The notes under the pieces: model-generated
What the model saw: only the letters and a program-made list of their open reading frames with translations
Databases searched by the model: none
Told to the model about the DNA's origin: nothing
Position numbers and translations under genes: made by a program
Shown here: piece by piece, positions 18,960 to 28,540 of the stretch
Numbering within the stretch: the stretch's first letter is position 1
Layout: every line of letters starts with the position of its first letter
Origin: a virus
Reading direction: 5' to 3' (one strand)
Virus record (IMG/VR): IMGVR_UViG_3300032050_000010
Length of the DNA stretch: 64,000 nucleotides

Positions 18960-19403
18960 ATGAACAACGTCTATATCGCAAGTGGTTGGTTTTCTCCAGA
19001 GTGGCTCCAGGAAGTTGAGGACATTAAGACTGTCCTCGAGGATCTCAAACTCGATTACTTCTCTCCCAAGGATTATGCGATCGCTGAGGCAACTGCAAGC
19101 AACGACACGCAGAAGCAGATCTTTGATGGCAACGTCAAACACCTTGACATCTGTGATTGGATGATCTGCAACACCCGCAACAAGGACATGGGTTCAATCT
19201 GGGAGGCAGGCTATTTCTACGCTCGCAACAAGCCCATCGTCTACTTCTGCGCTGGCCTTCCACCCGGTGCCAAGTTCAATCTCATGCTGTCAGCAAGCGG
19301 CGTCGCTGTCTGCACTTCTCTCGATGATCTCCGTGAGTACCTGACACACTGCAAGCGTGAAGGTAAGCTGATCACTCGCAACTACAGCGGTTTGATCGAG
19401 TAA
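18960..19403 (+). CDS. nucleoside 2-deoxyribosyltransferase / nucleotide N-glycosidase family
   Basis: VYIASGWF, FSP, IFDGN, DMGSIWEAGY (catalytic Glu), NLML; promoter TTGAAC-17-TAGTAT (18914-18942). Confidence 0.85.
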   Translation: MNNVYIASGWFSPEWLQEVEDIKTVLEDLKLDYFSPKDYAIAEATASNDTQKQIFDGNVKHLDICDWMICNTRNKDMGSIWEAGYFYARNKPIVYFCAGLPPGAKFNLMLSASGVAVCTSLDDLREYLTHCKREGKLITRNYSGLIE

Positions 19404-19412
19404 TGAGGATAT

Positions 19413-19452
19413 TGTGCGCTCCTGGTGGATAGTTATCTGCTAGGAGCGCACA
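19413..19452 (+). promoter_or_regulatory. RBS-occluding hairpin with a late-type promoter at its apex
   Basis: TGTGCGCTCCT / AGGAGCGCACA 11-bp perfect stem covering AGGAG and the A of ATG; ATAGTTA at 19429-19435. Confidence 0.7.
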
Positions 19453-20171
19453 TGCGTATGAATAGATTAGCCCTGCGTAAGATGATCCTCAGAGAGATGC
19501 ATGATCACATGCAAGATGAGGATATGCCAGAGATTGAAGCTGAGGTCATCGACGATGAGGAAGATGAAGAGCACGAAGACGAAGATGTTCCAGAGGAAGA
19601 TTACGACACCGACGTAGATGAAGAGGGCAACTTCGACTACGAGGATTCGAACGTCTACGAAGAAACTGGGATGATCAAGTCAAACCTCTACATGCTGTCC
19701 AAGAAGGCACATGAGCTCCATGACGAGATCGGAGATCGTGATGATCTTCCTGAGTGGGTGCAGGAGAAGATTGCAGTCGCATCCTACATGATGGACACAG
19801 TTCACGACTACCTCATGTACGAGATGGTCAAGGATGACCTCCACGAGAAGAAGGATGGGCACACCAAGAGCCGCAAGTACAAGGGCAAGGAGTACCGCGC
19901 GACACCTGCGATGGTAAGTGCAGTCAAGAAGGGTGCATCCTACAACCAGCTCGCAAAGCTCGCCAAGTGGGCTGATGAACCCGCTGCAGTCGTTCAGGCA
20001 GCAAAGATCGTGGCAAAGGGCAAGCCAATGTCCCGCGACGACGAGGAAGATGACCTCGACGAGAACGACAGCTGGGAACCACTGCGTCAGTCAACCGGTA
20101 TCATGTTCTTCGAGGACGAAGAGGGCACCGACTACCCAGCTCCCAAAGCGAAGGGTAAGAAGCGCGGTTGA
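19452..20171 (+). CDS. acidic putative internal head protein
   Basis: LRKMILREM N-terminus, D/E tract, DLPEWVQEKI...DY motif. Confidence 0.65.
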   Translation: MRMNRLALRKMILREMHDHMQDEDMPEIEAEVIDDEEDEEHEDEDVPEEDYDTDVDEEGNFDYEDSNVYEETGMIKSNLYMLSKKAHELHDEIGDRDDLPEWVQEKIAVASYMMDTVHDYLMYEMVKDDLHEKKDGHTKSRKYKGKEYRATPAMVSAVKKGASYNQLAKLAKWADEPAAVVQAAKIVAKGKPMSRDDEEDDLDENDSWEPLRQSTGIMFFEDEEGTDYPAPKAKGKKRG

Positions 20172-20232
20172 GGTAGTTAGATAACCAGCGGTCGCTGGTG
20201 TAAATAGAGGCCTCGGTGATTATAATGAGTTC

Positions 20233-21213
20233 ATGAAGATACTCATTACTGGTCACCGAGGTTTCATTGCATCTAACCTTCCACCTGCATTCGCTGATCT
20301 CGATCACGAAGTTGTCGATCCCAGCCAGCTCAGGCTGACACACAAGCTGCCGACAGGTGAGCACTGCGTCTATCGTAACAGTGAGGATGACTGGGCGCGC
20401 GAGATCAAGCGGCTCGGCGTCGATGTAGTTGTCCACAATGCAGCAGCAGTGGGCACCGATGTCGTCGCGCTCAATCCTAGCGATGCGACGCTGTCCAACG
20501 TGACAGGAACCTACAACATCTGCCGCGCTGCTGAGAAAGCACGCGCAGCCGTCCTCTACCTCGGAACGACAGTCATCTATAACACAGATCTGTATCAGGG
20601 CTCCTGGATCGCTGAGCGCTCCTCGCACGGCCCACAGACGCTCTACGGATCTCTGAAGCTGGCAGGTGAGTACATCGTCCGTGCACACAGCACGAAGTGG
20701 TCGATCGTCCGGCCCCTCTTCTGCTACGGCGGCGTGGGTGACAACAACTCACTGATCGCGAAGGGGTTCTTCGGCGCTGCACACGGCAAGGAGAAGATCG
20801 ACATGTTCCTCGATCCCAAGAAGATCAAGGATTACATGCGCGTCGAGGATTTCTGCGATGCGGTGGCAACTGTGGTCGATAAGGAGCTCTGGAACGATGA
20901 CTGGAACGTCGCTGCGGAGACGCCTGAGAACACAGGCAGGATCGTCGAGATGATGAGTGAGATCTCGTGCAAGGATCTAAAGGGTGTGGTAAAATGGCAC
21001 CCAGGAACCGACTACTTGGGTAACCATCGACTAAGCTCACAGAAGTTCAGGGATGCTTCTGGTTGGACACCAAAGTTCGACCTATATGGTGGCTTGGAAA
21101 AGTCGTGGAATGACATCCAGCGTAATCTGGGTTCCACGGATTATAATCCTCTGCGATATCTGGAAGATGCCAAGAAGCGCGGCATCGACCTCACACAATT
21201 CTTCAACCGGTGA
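20233..21213 (+). CDS. NAD-dependent NDP-sugar epimerase/dehydratase (extended SDR)
   Basis: ITGHRGFIA, HNAA, YGSLK (YxxxK); promoter GTGTAA-17-TATAAT, leaderless. Confidence 0.85.
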   Translation: MKILITGHRGFIASNLPPAFADLDHEVVDPSQLRLTHKLPTGEHCVYRNSEDDWAREIKRLGVDVVVHNAAAVGTDVVALNPSDATLSNVTGTYNICRAAEKARAAVLYLGTTVIYNTDLYQGSWIAERSSHGPQTLYGSLKLAGEYIVRAHSTKWSIVRPLFCYGGVGDNNSLIAKGFFGAAHGKEKIDMFLDPKKIKDYMRVEDFCDAVATVVDKELWNDDWNVAAETPENTGRIVEMMSEISCKDLKGVVKWHPGTDYLGNHRLSSQKFRDASGWTPKFDLYGGLEKSWNDIQRNLGSTDYNPLRYLEDAKKRGIDLTQFFNR

Positions 21214-21219
21214 AATAAC

Positions 21220-24200
21220 ATGAGTATCATTCGACCTCCGGATCGGTTTGTGGGCCTTCATGCCCACTCCGGTTTCTCGACCATGGACGGCCTCGGCTAT
21301 CCCGCCCAGCACATCGACTTCGTGCTGAAGAACGGCATGGATGCCTGGGCGTTGACTGACCACGGCAACGGCAGTGGCCTTGCCCACGCACAGTCACATG
21401 CCAAGAAGATGAAGAAGGCGGGCCAGAAGTACCGTCAGCTGAACGGGGTCGAGTTCTACTTCGTTCCATCACTGAAGAACTGGGCAGAGCAGTATCAAGA
21501 TCACAAGGACGCAGTCGCTGCTGCTCGCTCTGAGAAGAAGTCGAAGGAGGCGACTGACATCGACGCCGACGATGAGGCAGGTGCGGGTCACATCATCGAG
21601 AATGAGGATGAGACAAAGGACGCGTCATCACTCGAAGTGAAGGATGACGAGTGGAAGCGTCGCTACCACCTCGTTGTGATTGCTAAGGATAAGCGTGGCC
21701 TGTCCAACCTCTTCACGCTGGTCAAGCGGTCATTCAAGGAGGGGTACTATCGTTTCCCTCGGATTGACTTCGACATGCTCAAGCAGCACGGTGAAGGGCT
21801 TGTCGTCAGCACAGCCTGCATCGGTGGCATCATGGCGAACCGCGTCCTCCGCGGACAGGCGATGCACAAGTCAGATGCTGAGATCCAGCACGAGCTCAAG
21901 AACCTGACGGATCGGTTTGTGGACGCCGTCGGCCTCGAGAACTTCAACCTCGAGATCCAGTTCAACAAGCTGCAGGCACAGCACGACGTCAATCGGCACC
22001 TGATCGATCTGCACAAGAGCACAGGCGTCCCGCTGGTGGCGACCTGCGATAGTCACTATCCCACTCCTGACAAGTGGAAGACGCGCGAGCTCTATAAGAA
22101 GCTGGCGTGGATGAACGCAAAGGAGGAACCCAAGCCCCTCCCAGCATTCGATGAGCTGAAGTGCGAGCTCTACCCAAAGAACGCCGAGCAGATGTGGGAG
22201 GAGTTCAATCGACATACTGATGCCTACACATTCTATCAAGGCAGCGAGGAGCTGGTTCGAGATGCGATCGAGCGGACGCACGACATCGCATGGCAGCAGT
22301 GTGAGGACGTCTGGGTCGATACAGGCGCCAAGCTCCCAGTTTTCGCCACGCCTGAGAAGACAGAGTTCCAGCAGCTGGTGGATCTCGTCAAGGAGCGGAT
22401 GGGCGAGATGGGGCTGCATGAAAATCCCGAGTACATGGCGCGTGTGAAGGAGGAACTCTCAGACATCAAGCACCTGGGACACGCATCTTACTTCCTCACA
22501 ATGTACAAGATCTTCCACCGTGCTAAAGAGCGGACGCTCCTCGGGCCAGGTCGTGGATCGGCACCCGGTTCTCTCGTCAACTACATCCTTGGGATTACAC
22601 AGATTGATCCACTTCCGTTCGGCCTCCTCTGGAATCGCTTCCTTGGTCGGCATCGTGTGTCTTGGCCCGATATCGACTCCGATGCTGGTGATCGTGACGT
22701 TCTTATTGACGCGGCACGTGAGCTCTTCGGTGACGATGCTGTCATTCCCGTCTCCAACTTCAACACCCTGAAGCTGAAGTCGCTGGTGAAGGACGTCGCG
22801 AAGTTCTTCAACGTTCCGTTCGATGAGGTCAATGCGGTGACAGGACCGCTTCAGGACGAGGTCATGCCTCACGCTAAGGATGATGACCAGGAGAAGTCGG
22901 TCTTCGTCCTCAAGCACGATGACTGCATGAAGTACTCACCTGCTTACAATGCATTCATGACGAAGTACCCCGAGGTGGAGGAGCACGTTAATGCGCTCTT
23001 CATGGAGAACCGTTCGATCGGTCGTCATGCAGGCGGCGTCCTCGTTGCAGAACCCAAGGCGTTGGCTGAAGGCATGCCCATCATCGGTGTTCGCGGTGAA
23101 TTGCAGACGCCGTGGACAGAAGGTATGAACTTCCGCAACCTGGAGGACAACGGCTTCCTCAAGTTCGACTTCCTCGGCCTAACACTGCTCAAGGACGTAG
23201 AGAACTGCATCAAGCGGATCCTGATCAAACAGGGTGTCAAGAACCCGACATTCAGCCAGATCAAGGATTTCTTCGATGAGCATCTCAACTGCCGAACGGT
23301 CAAGCAGGATGATCAGCAGGTTTGGAAGCATGTCTATCACGAGGGTCGGTTCGTCGGTGTCTTCCAGTTCACAGCTGACGGTGCACGTAAGTTTTGCCTC
23401 GATGCGAAGCCCACAAACATCGGTGAGCTGGCAGCACTGACAGCAATCTACCGACCAGGCCCACTGAAGGCAAACGTCCACAAGCTGTATGTCCAGGCAA
23501 AGCGGGATGCCTCGAAGATCAAGTACGACCATCCAGTCATCCAGGAAGTGCTAGGGCCCACGTTCGGTTACGTTGTCTTCCAGGAACAGTTCATGATGCT
23601 GGCGCAGAAGCTGGCAGGGTTCTCTCCTGGTGAGGCTGACCAGCTCCGCAAGACGCTGGTCAAGAAGTCGCTGGACACGCTGGGCAAGAAGTCATCTGAG
23701 AAGGAGGCAGCGCGGAAGCAGTTCATCGACGGTGCTCTGGCACTGCACGGTGTGCCTGAGAAGGTGACTGGCCCGCTCTGGGACACGATCGAGGCTTTCT
23801 CGGTGTACGGCTTCAACAAGTCGCACTCCGTGTCCTACGCGATCGATTCCTACTATGCAGGATGGCTCCACACGCACTACGAGAAGGAGTGGTTGGCAAC
23901 AATCCTGCAGTCTGAGACAGGCAATCCCAAGGGCCTGGCAAAGGCTATTGCCGAGATCAAGGCAATCGGTTATAAGTTCTCGCAGGTCGACATCAACTAC
24001 TCAGGTACCGAGTGGACGTACTCTGATGAGATCCAGGCGTTCGTTCCGCCGCTGACATCTGTCAAGGGCCTAGGCGACTCAGCAGTGAGTGAGATCATGG
24101 AGAACAGGCCCTACCGTGCGCTGGATGACCTCCTGTTCGATGCAGAAGGTGAGTGGCGCCACTCCAAGCTGAACAAGAGCTGCCTTGAGTCGCTGATCCT

Positions 24201-24783
24201 CACTGAGAGCCTGGGTTCGCTGCAGGAGTTCAAGGACGAGCGTCTCAACAATCACAATCAGCTCCACAAGATGATCATCGAGAACTATGACACGCTCCGC
24301 AAGGGTCGCACAGGAATGACCAAGACGGCCACCAAGAAGTGGGTAAAGGAGCACGGTAAAGAGCCCGTGATCATCGACCAGCTGATCGAGGCAACAGCGG
24401 ATGTCCAAGATTGGAACCGCTACGAGAAGATCAAGAACTTCGTGGAGATCTTGACCACGGCGTCAGAAGAACTACTATTCCCACCCACCGTGATGGCAAA
24501 GATTGATCGTTCTAACGTCCCGTCTGCAATGCAGATCTCACCAGGATCGAAAGCAGTTGTCTGGTTCTGTGCGCAGGACTGGGTCAAGAAGCAGACAAAG
24601 AACGGCAAGACATTCTACACAGCATTCGCTGTTGACAATAACAGTGACACTGCAAGGATCCGTGTGTGGGGCACATTTAAAGAAGAGCCCGAGCGATACA
24701 CTATGTGGCTAGCTGAGGTAGAATATGATGCTAACTGGGGTATGTCAACCTCAGCAATGAAAATGCGAAAGATCGAGGTGTAA
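21220..24783 (+). CDS. dnaE: DNA polymerase III alpha subunit (C family)
   Basis: PHP motifs HAHS, TDHG, CDSHY; GPGRGSA, PDIDSD, KFDFLGL, YRPGP, YGFNKSHS. Confidence 0.95.
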   Translation: MSIIRPPDRFVGLHAHSGFSTMDGLGYPAQHIDFVLKNGMDAWALTDHGNGSGLAHAQSHAKKMKKAGQKYRQLNGVEFYFVPSLKNWAEQYQDHKDAVAAARSEKKSKEATDIDADDEAGAGHIIENEDETKDASSLEVKDDEWKRRYHLVVIAKDKRGLSNLFTLVKRSFKEGYYRFPRIDFDMLKQHGEGLVVSTACIGGIMANRVLRGQAMHKSDAEIQHELKNLTDRFVDAVGLENFNLEIQFNKLQAQHDVNRHLIDLHKSTGVPLVATCDSHYPTPDKWKTRELYKKLAWMNAKEEPKPLPAFDELKCELYPKNAEQMWEEFNRHTDAYTFYQGSEELVRDAIERTHDIAWQQCEDVWVDTGAKLPVFATPEKTEFQQLVDLVKERMGEMGLHENPEYMARVKEELSDIKHLGHASYFLTMYKIFHRAKERTLLGPGRGSAPGSLVNYILGITQIDPLPFGLLWNRFLGRHRVSWPDIDSDAGDRDVLIDAARELFGDDAVIPVSNFNTLKLKSLVKDVAKFFNVPFDEVNAVTGPLQDEVMPHAKDDDQEKSVFVLKHDDCMKYSPAYNAFMTKYPEVEEHVNALFMENRSIGRHAGGVLVAEPKALAEGMPIIGVRGELQTPWTEGMNFRNLEDNGFLKFDFLGLTLLKDVENCIKRILIKQGVKNPTFSQIKDFFDEHLNCRTVKQDDQQVWKHVYHEGRFVGVFQFTADGARKFCLDAKPTNIGELAALTAIYRPGPLKANVHKLYVQAKRDASKIKYDHPVIQEVLGPTFGYVVFQEQFMMLAQKLAGFSPGEADQLRKTLVKKSLDTLGKKSSEKEAARKQFIDGALALHGVPEKVTGPLWDTIEAFSVYGFNKSHSVSYAIDSYYAGWLHTHYEKEWLATILQSETGNPKGLAKAIAEIKAIGYKFSQVDINYSGTEWTYSDEIQAFVPPLTSVKGLGDSAVSEIMENRPYRALDDLLFDAEGEWRHSKLNKSCLESLILTESLGSLQEFKDERLNNHNQLHKMIIENYDTLRKGRTGMTKTATKKWVKEHGKEPVIIDQLIEATADVQDWNRYEKIKNFVEILTTASEELLFPPTVMAKIDRSNVPSAMQISPGSKAVVWFCAQDWVKKQTKNGKTFYTAFAVDNNSDTARIRVWGTFKEEPERYTMWLAEVEYDANWGMSTSAMKMRKIEV

Positions 24784-24784
24784 T

Positions 24785-25693
24785 TTGAAGTTCAATCTAA
24801 AGACAGTTGTGCTAGAAGGTGTGGATTGCAGCGGCAAGACAACACTGTTTAGGAGCTTGCATCGTGCAACAGGCTTCAAGTGGAATATCCACGATCGAAG
24901 TGCTCTCTCGATGCTCTGCTATGCAGTCATGTACGGAAGAGATGTTGACCACTGGCGGCAGCTTCTCTTGGAAGAGATCAGCGATCTGAACAATGTGATC
25001 GTTGTGCTCATGCCCCCACTGGCCACCATCAAGGATCGCCTTGCTGAAAGAGGCGACGAGTTTCAAGATCAAGTGACGATTGAGAAGTTGTACACCATCT
25101 TTGAGGATGAGGTTTCACGTCTCAGCGCATACCCTAACGTCTTAGTTTGCGCGCAATCAAAAGCTTCTAGCGATGACATCGCACGGTGGCTGCTAAACTA
25201 CGAGCGGCAGACATACAGTCGACTTGCAGAGATGACGCACGATCATGCGAGGATCAAGCTGTCTGGTGAAGCGCCTTTCCTAAAGATGACGTGGGAAGAC
25301 ACTGACTTCAAGACGCTCAGCACAAAGGCACTCTTCTACGAACCTGAGCTTGAGTACTACGAAGCAACACGCAAGAAGCTTATTGAAAAGATCCAAGCAG
25401 AGCTGGCTGGACAGAATGAGTACGAGATGAAGCAGGATCTCAAGTCGCGACGGTTTGTCATGACACAGGATAGTTGCATCTCCTATGCACACTTCATGTA
25501 TCGTGGCGGCGTGCTTCACGCCAACATCGTGTGCAGATCTTCTGAGGTGTCGCGTATCTTCCCAAATGACATCCACTTCATCGGTCACATGGGTCAGACA
25601 GCCCGACGTGAGCTCGGCCTCACCGTTGAGACACCCGTGAGGTTTAATCTCACTCTCGACTCAGCACATGTAATCTTTCAACCTACGCATTAA
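24785..25693 (+). CDS. dNMP kinase fused to a thymidylate-synthase-fold (dCMP-type) domain
   Basis: EGVDCSGKTT, HDRS..S...Y, RL..RGD; C-terminal SRR, SCIS, CRSSEVSRIFPND, SAH. Confidence 0.75.
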   Translation: MKFNLKTVVLEGVDCSGKTTLFRSLHRATGFKWNIHDRSALSMLCYAVMYGRDVDHWRQLLLEEISDLNNVIVVLMPPLATIKDRLAERGDEFQDQVTIEKLYTIFEDEVSRLSAYPNVLVCAQSKASSDDIARWLLNYERQTYSRLAEMTHDHARIKLSGEAPFLKMTWEDTDFKTLSTKALFYEPELEYYEATRKKLIEKIQAELAGQNEYEMKQDLKSRRFVMTQDSCISYAHFMYRGGVLHANIVCRSSEVSRIFPNDIHFIGHMGQTARRELGLTVETPVRFNLTLDSAHVIFQPTH

Positions 25694-25710
25694 AGTACTT
25701 AGAGGCATAA

Positions 25711-26703
25711 ATGAAGAGAGCATTAGTAACGGGCGGCGCCGGCTTCATTGGGTCAAATCTGACGCACGCGCTTGTCGATGATGGCTGGACAGTTGACGTA
25801 GTAGACGACATGTCGAACGGCCACCTCAACCTTCTTGATAATTTGAGCTATCGAGTTTTTCTGCCGGGCATGGCAGAAATCTATGAAGCACAGAAGCAGA
25901 GAACTTCGAAAGAAGTTTACGTGCATGAGTGTGACTTTGCACACCCAGTCATTCTAGACAGAATTGCTCGGAAGCAATACGACGTCGTCTTCCACCAGGC
26001 AGCTGTTCCGCAAGTTTCCTACTCTGTCGAGCAGCCTACGAAGACGACAGACGTCAATCTTCTGAGAAGCATTGAGCTTCTCCATTCTTGCGTCGGCAAC
26101 GTCGACAAGGTGGTTGTTGCATCATCATCAGCTGTCTATGGTAATACGGAGACACTGCCGACAACTGAAGAGACGCCACGTAACCCAAGATCTCCATACG
26201 GCCTCCAGAAGAGTGCTCTTGAGGATTTCTGTCGACTATTTGGTGAGCTCTACGATCTAGACACCGTCTGTCTGCGTTATTTCAACGTTTTTGGAGCAGG
26301 CCAGTACGGCGACTCACCTTATTCCACAGCAGTGTCTGCATGGTGTGATGCAATCAAACACGGACGAACACTTAGATCAGATGGTGACGGATCGCAGTCC
26401 CGTGACATGTGTCATGTTGACAATGTTGTAAGTGCCAATATTCTTGCTGCCAAGACGCCGAACCGCCTCATGGGCAAAGGGTACAACATCTGCTGCGGTG
26501 AGCGGACGACAAACCTTGAGATCCTCCAGCACCTCACAGGAGCATTTCCAACAGTTGAAGTTCGTCACGCTCCCTGGCGTCCAGGTGATGTTAAGCACAC
26601 ACTGGGTGACTGGTCAGCAGCAAATCGTGACTTCGGATACCAACCAATAGTTAAGTTCTGGGATGGGCTTGAGAAGACGCTCGCCTGGTGGGAGCTCAAG
26701 TAA
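25711..26703 (+). CDS. NAD-dependent NDP-sugar 4-epimerase (GalE/WbpP-like)
   Basis: VTGGAGFIGS, FHQAA, ASSSAVYG, SPYGLQK, LRYFNVFG, RPGDVKH. Confidence 0.92.
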   Translation: MKRALVTGGAGFIGSNLTHALVDDGWTVDVVDDMSNGHLNLLDNLSYRVFLPGMAEIYEAQKQRTSKEVYVHECDFAHPVILDRIARKQYDVVFHQAAVPQVSYSVEQPTKTTDVNLLRSIELLHSCVGNVDKVVVASSSAVYGNTETLPTTEETPRNPRSPYGLQKSALEDFCRLFGELYDLDTVCLRYFNVFGAGQYGDSPYSTAVSAWCDAIKHGRTLRSDGDGSQSRDMCHVDNVVSANILAAKTPNRLMGKGYNICCGERTTNLEILQHLTGAFPTVEVRHAPWRPGDVKHTLGDWSAANRDFGYQPIVKFWDGLEKTLAWWELK

Positions 26704-27257
26704 TGCGCATCCCACCAACATTCACTGTCTTCTGTGGGCCTATGATGTCGTCTAAGACGACACGACTGATCGGCGCGGTCGACCGCTTTCGATATCAGAA
26801 CCAGCGTGTCCTTGCATTTAAACCAAAGATGGATAGAAGGTATGCAAAAGAAGAGATCACTACACACAACGGTGGAAAACTTGAAGCTCTCATTGTTAGC
26901 ACTGGTGATGAGATACTACGCCACGTTGACGTATATGAACCAGACGTTGTAGCAGTTGACGAAGCTTTCATGATTGACGGCTCTGCAGACGCACTCATTC
27001 AGATCTACCGTAGAGGCGTGTCTGTCGTTGTGTCGTCGATCGAGATGTCTGCCAGCTGCAACTCTTTCCCAGAGATTGAGAAGATCCTTCCCTGGGCGAC
27101 AAAGGTTGAGAAGTGCACTGCCGTCTGTGTTGTATGCGGCGAGGATGCACCGTACACACAGAAGAAGATCAATGACATCGCAGAGATCACAGTTGGGGGT
27201 TCTGAGCTCTATGAGCCTCGATGCTGGTCACATCATGCGACCGCGCGCGAAGCGTGA
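26703..27257 (+). CDS. tdk: thymidine kinase (type II)
   Basis: GPMMSSKT, VDEAF, CVVCG...VGG.ELYEPRC; TAATG coupling. Confidence 0.92.
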   Translation: MRIPPTFTVFCGPMMSSKTTRLIGAVDRFRYQNQRVLAFKPKMDRRYAKEEITTHNGGKLEALIVSTGDEILRHVDVYEPDVVAVDEAFMIDGSADALIQIYRRGVSVVVSSIEMSASCNSFPEIEKILPWATKVEKCTAVCVVCGEDAPYTQKKINDIAEITVGGSELYEPRCWSHHATAREA

Positions 27258-27277
27258 TACATTAGTATCGAGGTAGC

Positions 27278-28114
27278 ATGCTAGATCCTAACAGCATCAA
27301 TCTGGTCATTTATCATGCGAGTTGCACAGATGGATTTGGAGCAGCTTGGGCAGCGTGGAAGTTACTTGGCGACCGTGCCGAATACTACGCTGCAAAGTAC
27401 GGAGAAGCACCGCCAGATGTGTCTGGAAAGAATGTCATAGTCGTAGATTTCTCATATGATAATGCTACTACCAAGCGCTTGATGAAGGAGGCAAAGGGGT
27501 TTTTCGTCCTTGACCACCACAAGTCGGCGATGGTAGAGCTCCACGATGTGTCCTGCACACACTTCGACATGAACCACAGCGGTGCAATGCTGGCCTGGAA
27601 GTTCTTCCATCCCGGCAAGGAAGCCCCACGGATGATCAAGCACATCGAGGATCGTGACCTCTGGAAGTGGGAGATCCCGTACTCGAAGGAGTTCTCAGCA
27701 GCATTTGACATGGTTCCCTTCGACTTCGAGGAATTTGATAAGTACCTCGACGACTCAGCAGTCGACGATGCTCAGGAGCGTGGTGCCTACATCCTCGCAT
27801 ATTCTAAGACAGTGATCTCCAAGATCTCCAAGCACGCAGCACCACGCAAGCTGAACGGCAAGGATGTCCTGGTGGTGAACTCACCCCACTGGATGTCCGA
27901 GATCGGAAATGCGCTGTCACCTAAGTGCGACTTCGCGGTGATCTGGTACTACGACCACGACACACGCCAGGTGAAAGTGAGCCTCCGCGCTCACCATGAT
28001 GATGCTGATGTGAGCGAGGTCGCCAAGAAGTACGGCGGAGGAGGACATCGCAAAGCTGCAGGTTTCGCTCTTGCGCCCAACATCAGTATTGAGACAATCT
28101 TCGACAAGGAGTAG
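27278..28114 (+). CDS. DHH/DHHA1 phosphoesterase
   Basis: YH..C.DG, VDF, LDHH, DRDLW, SLR, GGGGH..AAG. Confidence 0.9.
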   Translation: MLDPNSINLVIYHASCTDGFGAAWAAWKLLGDRAEYYAAKYGEAPPDVSGKNVIVVDFSYDNATTKRLMKEAKGFFVLDHHKSAMVELHDVSCTHFDMNHSGAMLAWKFFHPGKEAPRMIKHIEDRDLWKWEIPYSKEFSAAFDMVPFDFEEFDKYLDDSAVDDAQERGAYILAYSKTVISKISKHAAPRKLNGKDVLVVNSPHWMSEIGNALSPKCDFAVIWYYDHDTRQVKVSLRAHHDDADVSEVAKKYGGGGHRKAAGFALAPNISIETIFDKE

Positions 28115-28116
28115 AG

Positions 28117-28527
28117 ATGCGTCCAGGCTGGGATGAAGTGTGGATGAACATCGCACGTGAAGTATCACGCAGGTCAGCAGACGACAAGTACAAAGTTGGA
28201 ACTGTGATAGTCACTGGAGACAACACACAAGTGCTGTCGCTAGGATACAACGGCGACCACGCAGGTGGCCCAAATTGCAGAGAGTCGAGTGACCCTGGCG
28301 AGTCAGGTTTTATCCATGCCGAGATGAACGCGCTGATCAAGCTTGACTACAATAACCTAAAGCGACGTGTTATGTACGTTACGTTGTCGCCCTGTAAGAT
28401 GTGCGCTAAAGCAATCATCAATGCAGGTATCAACGAGCTCGTGTACGGCGAAGATTATAGAGATCTCAGCGGTATTGACATTCTCACAGGCGCTGGGATA
28501 AAAGTTAGAAAAATAACTCAAACTTAG
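28117..28527 (+). CDS. dCMP deaminase
   Basis: GYNG, HAEMNA, TLSPCKMC. Confidence 0.9.
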   Translation: MRPGWDEVWMNIAREVSRRSADDKYKVGTVIVTGDNTQVLSLGYNGDHAGGPNCRESSDPGESGFIHAEMNALIKLDYNNLKRRVMYVTLSPCKMCAKAIINAGINELVYGEDYRDLSGIDILTGAGIKVRKITQT

Positions 28528-28540
28528 CGGATAGATATAG

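Noticed and set aside
1468-24783. Inteins or introns in recA, helicase, RNR or dnaE
   Set aside because: Lengths are normal and I saw no C...HN splice or LAGLIDADG motifs.
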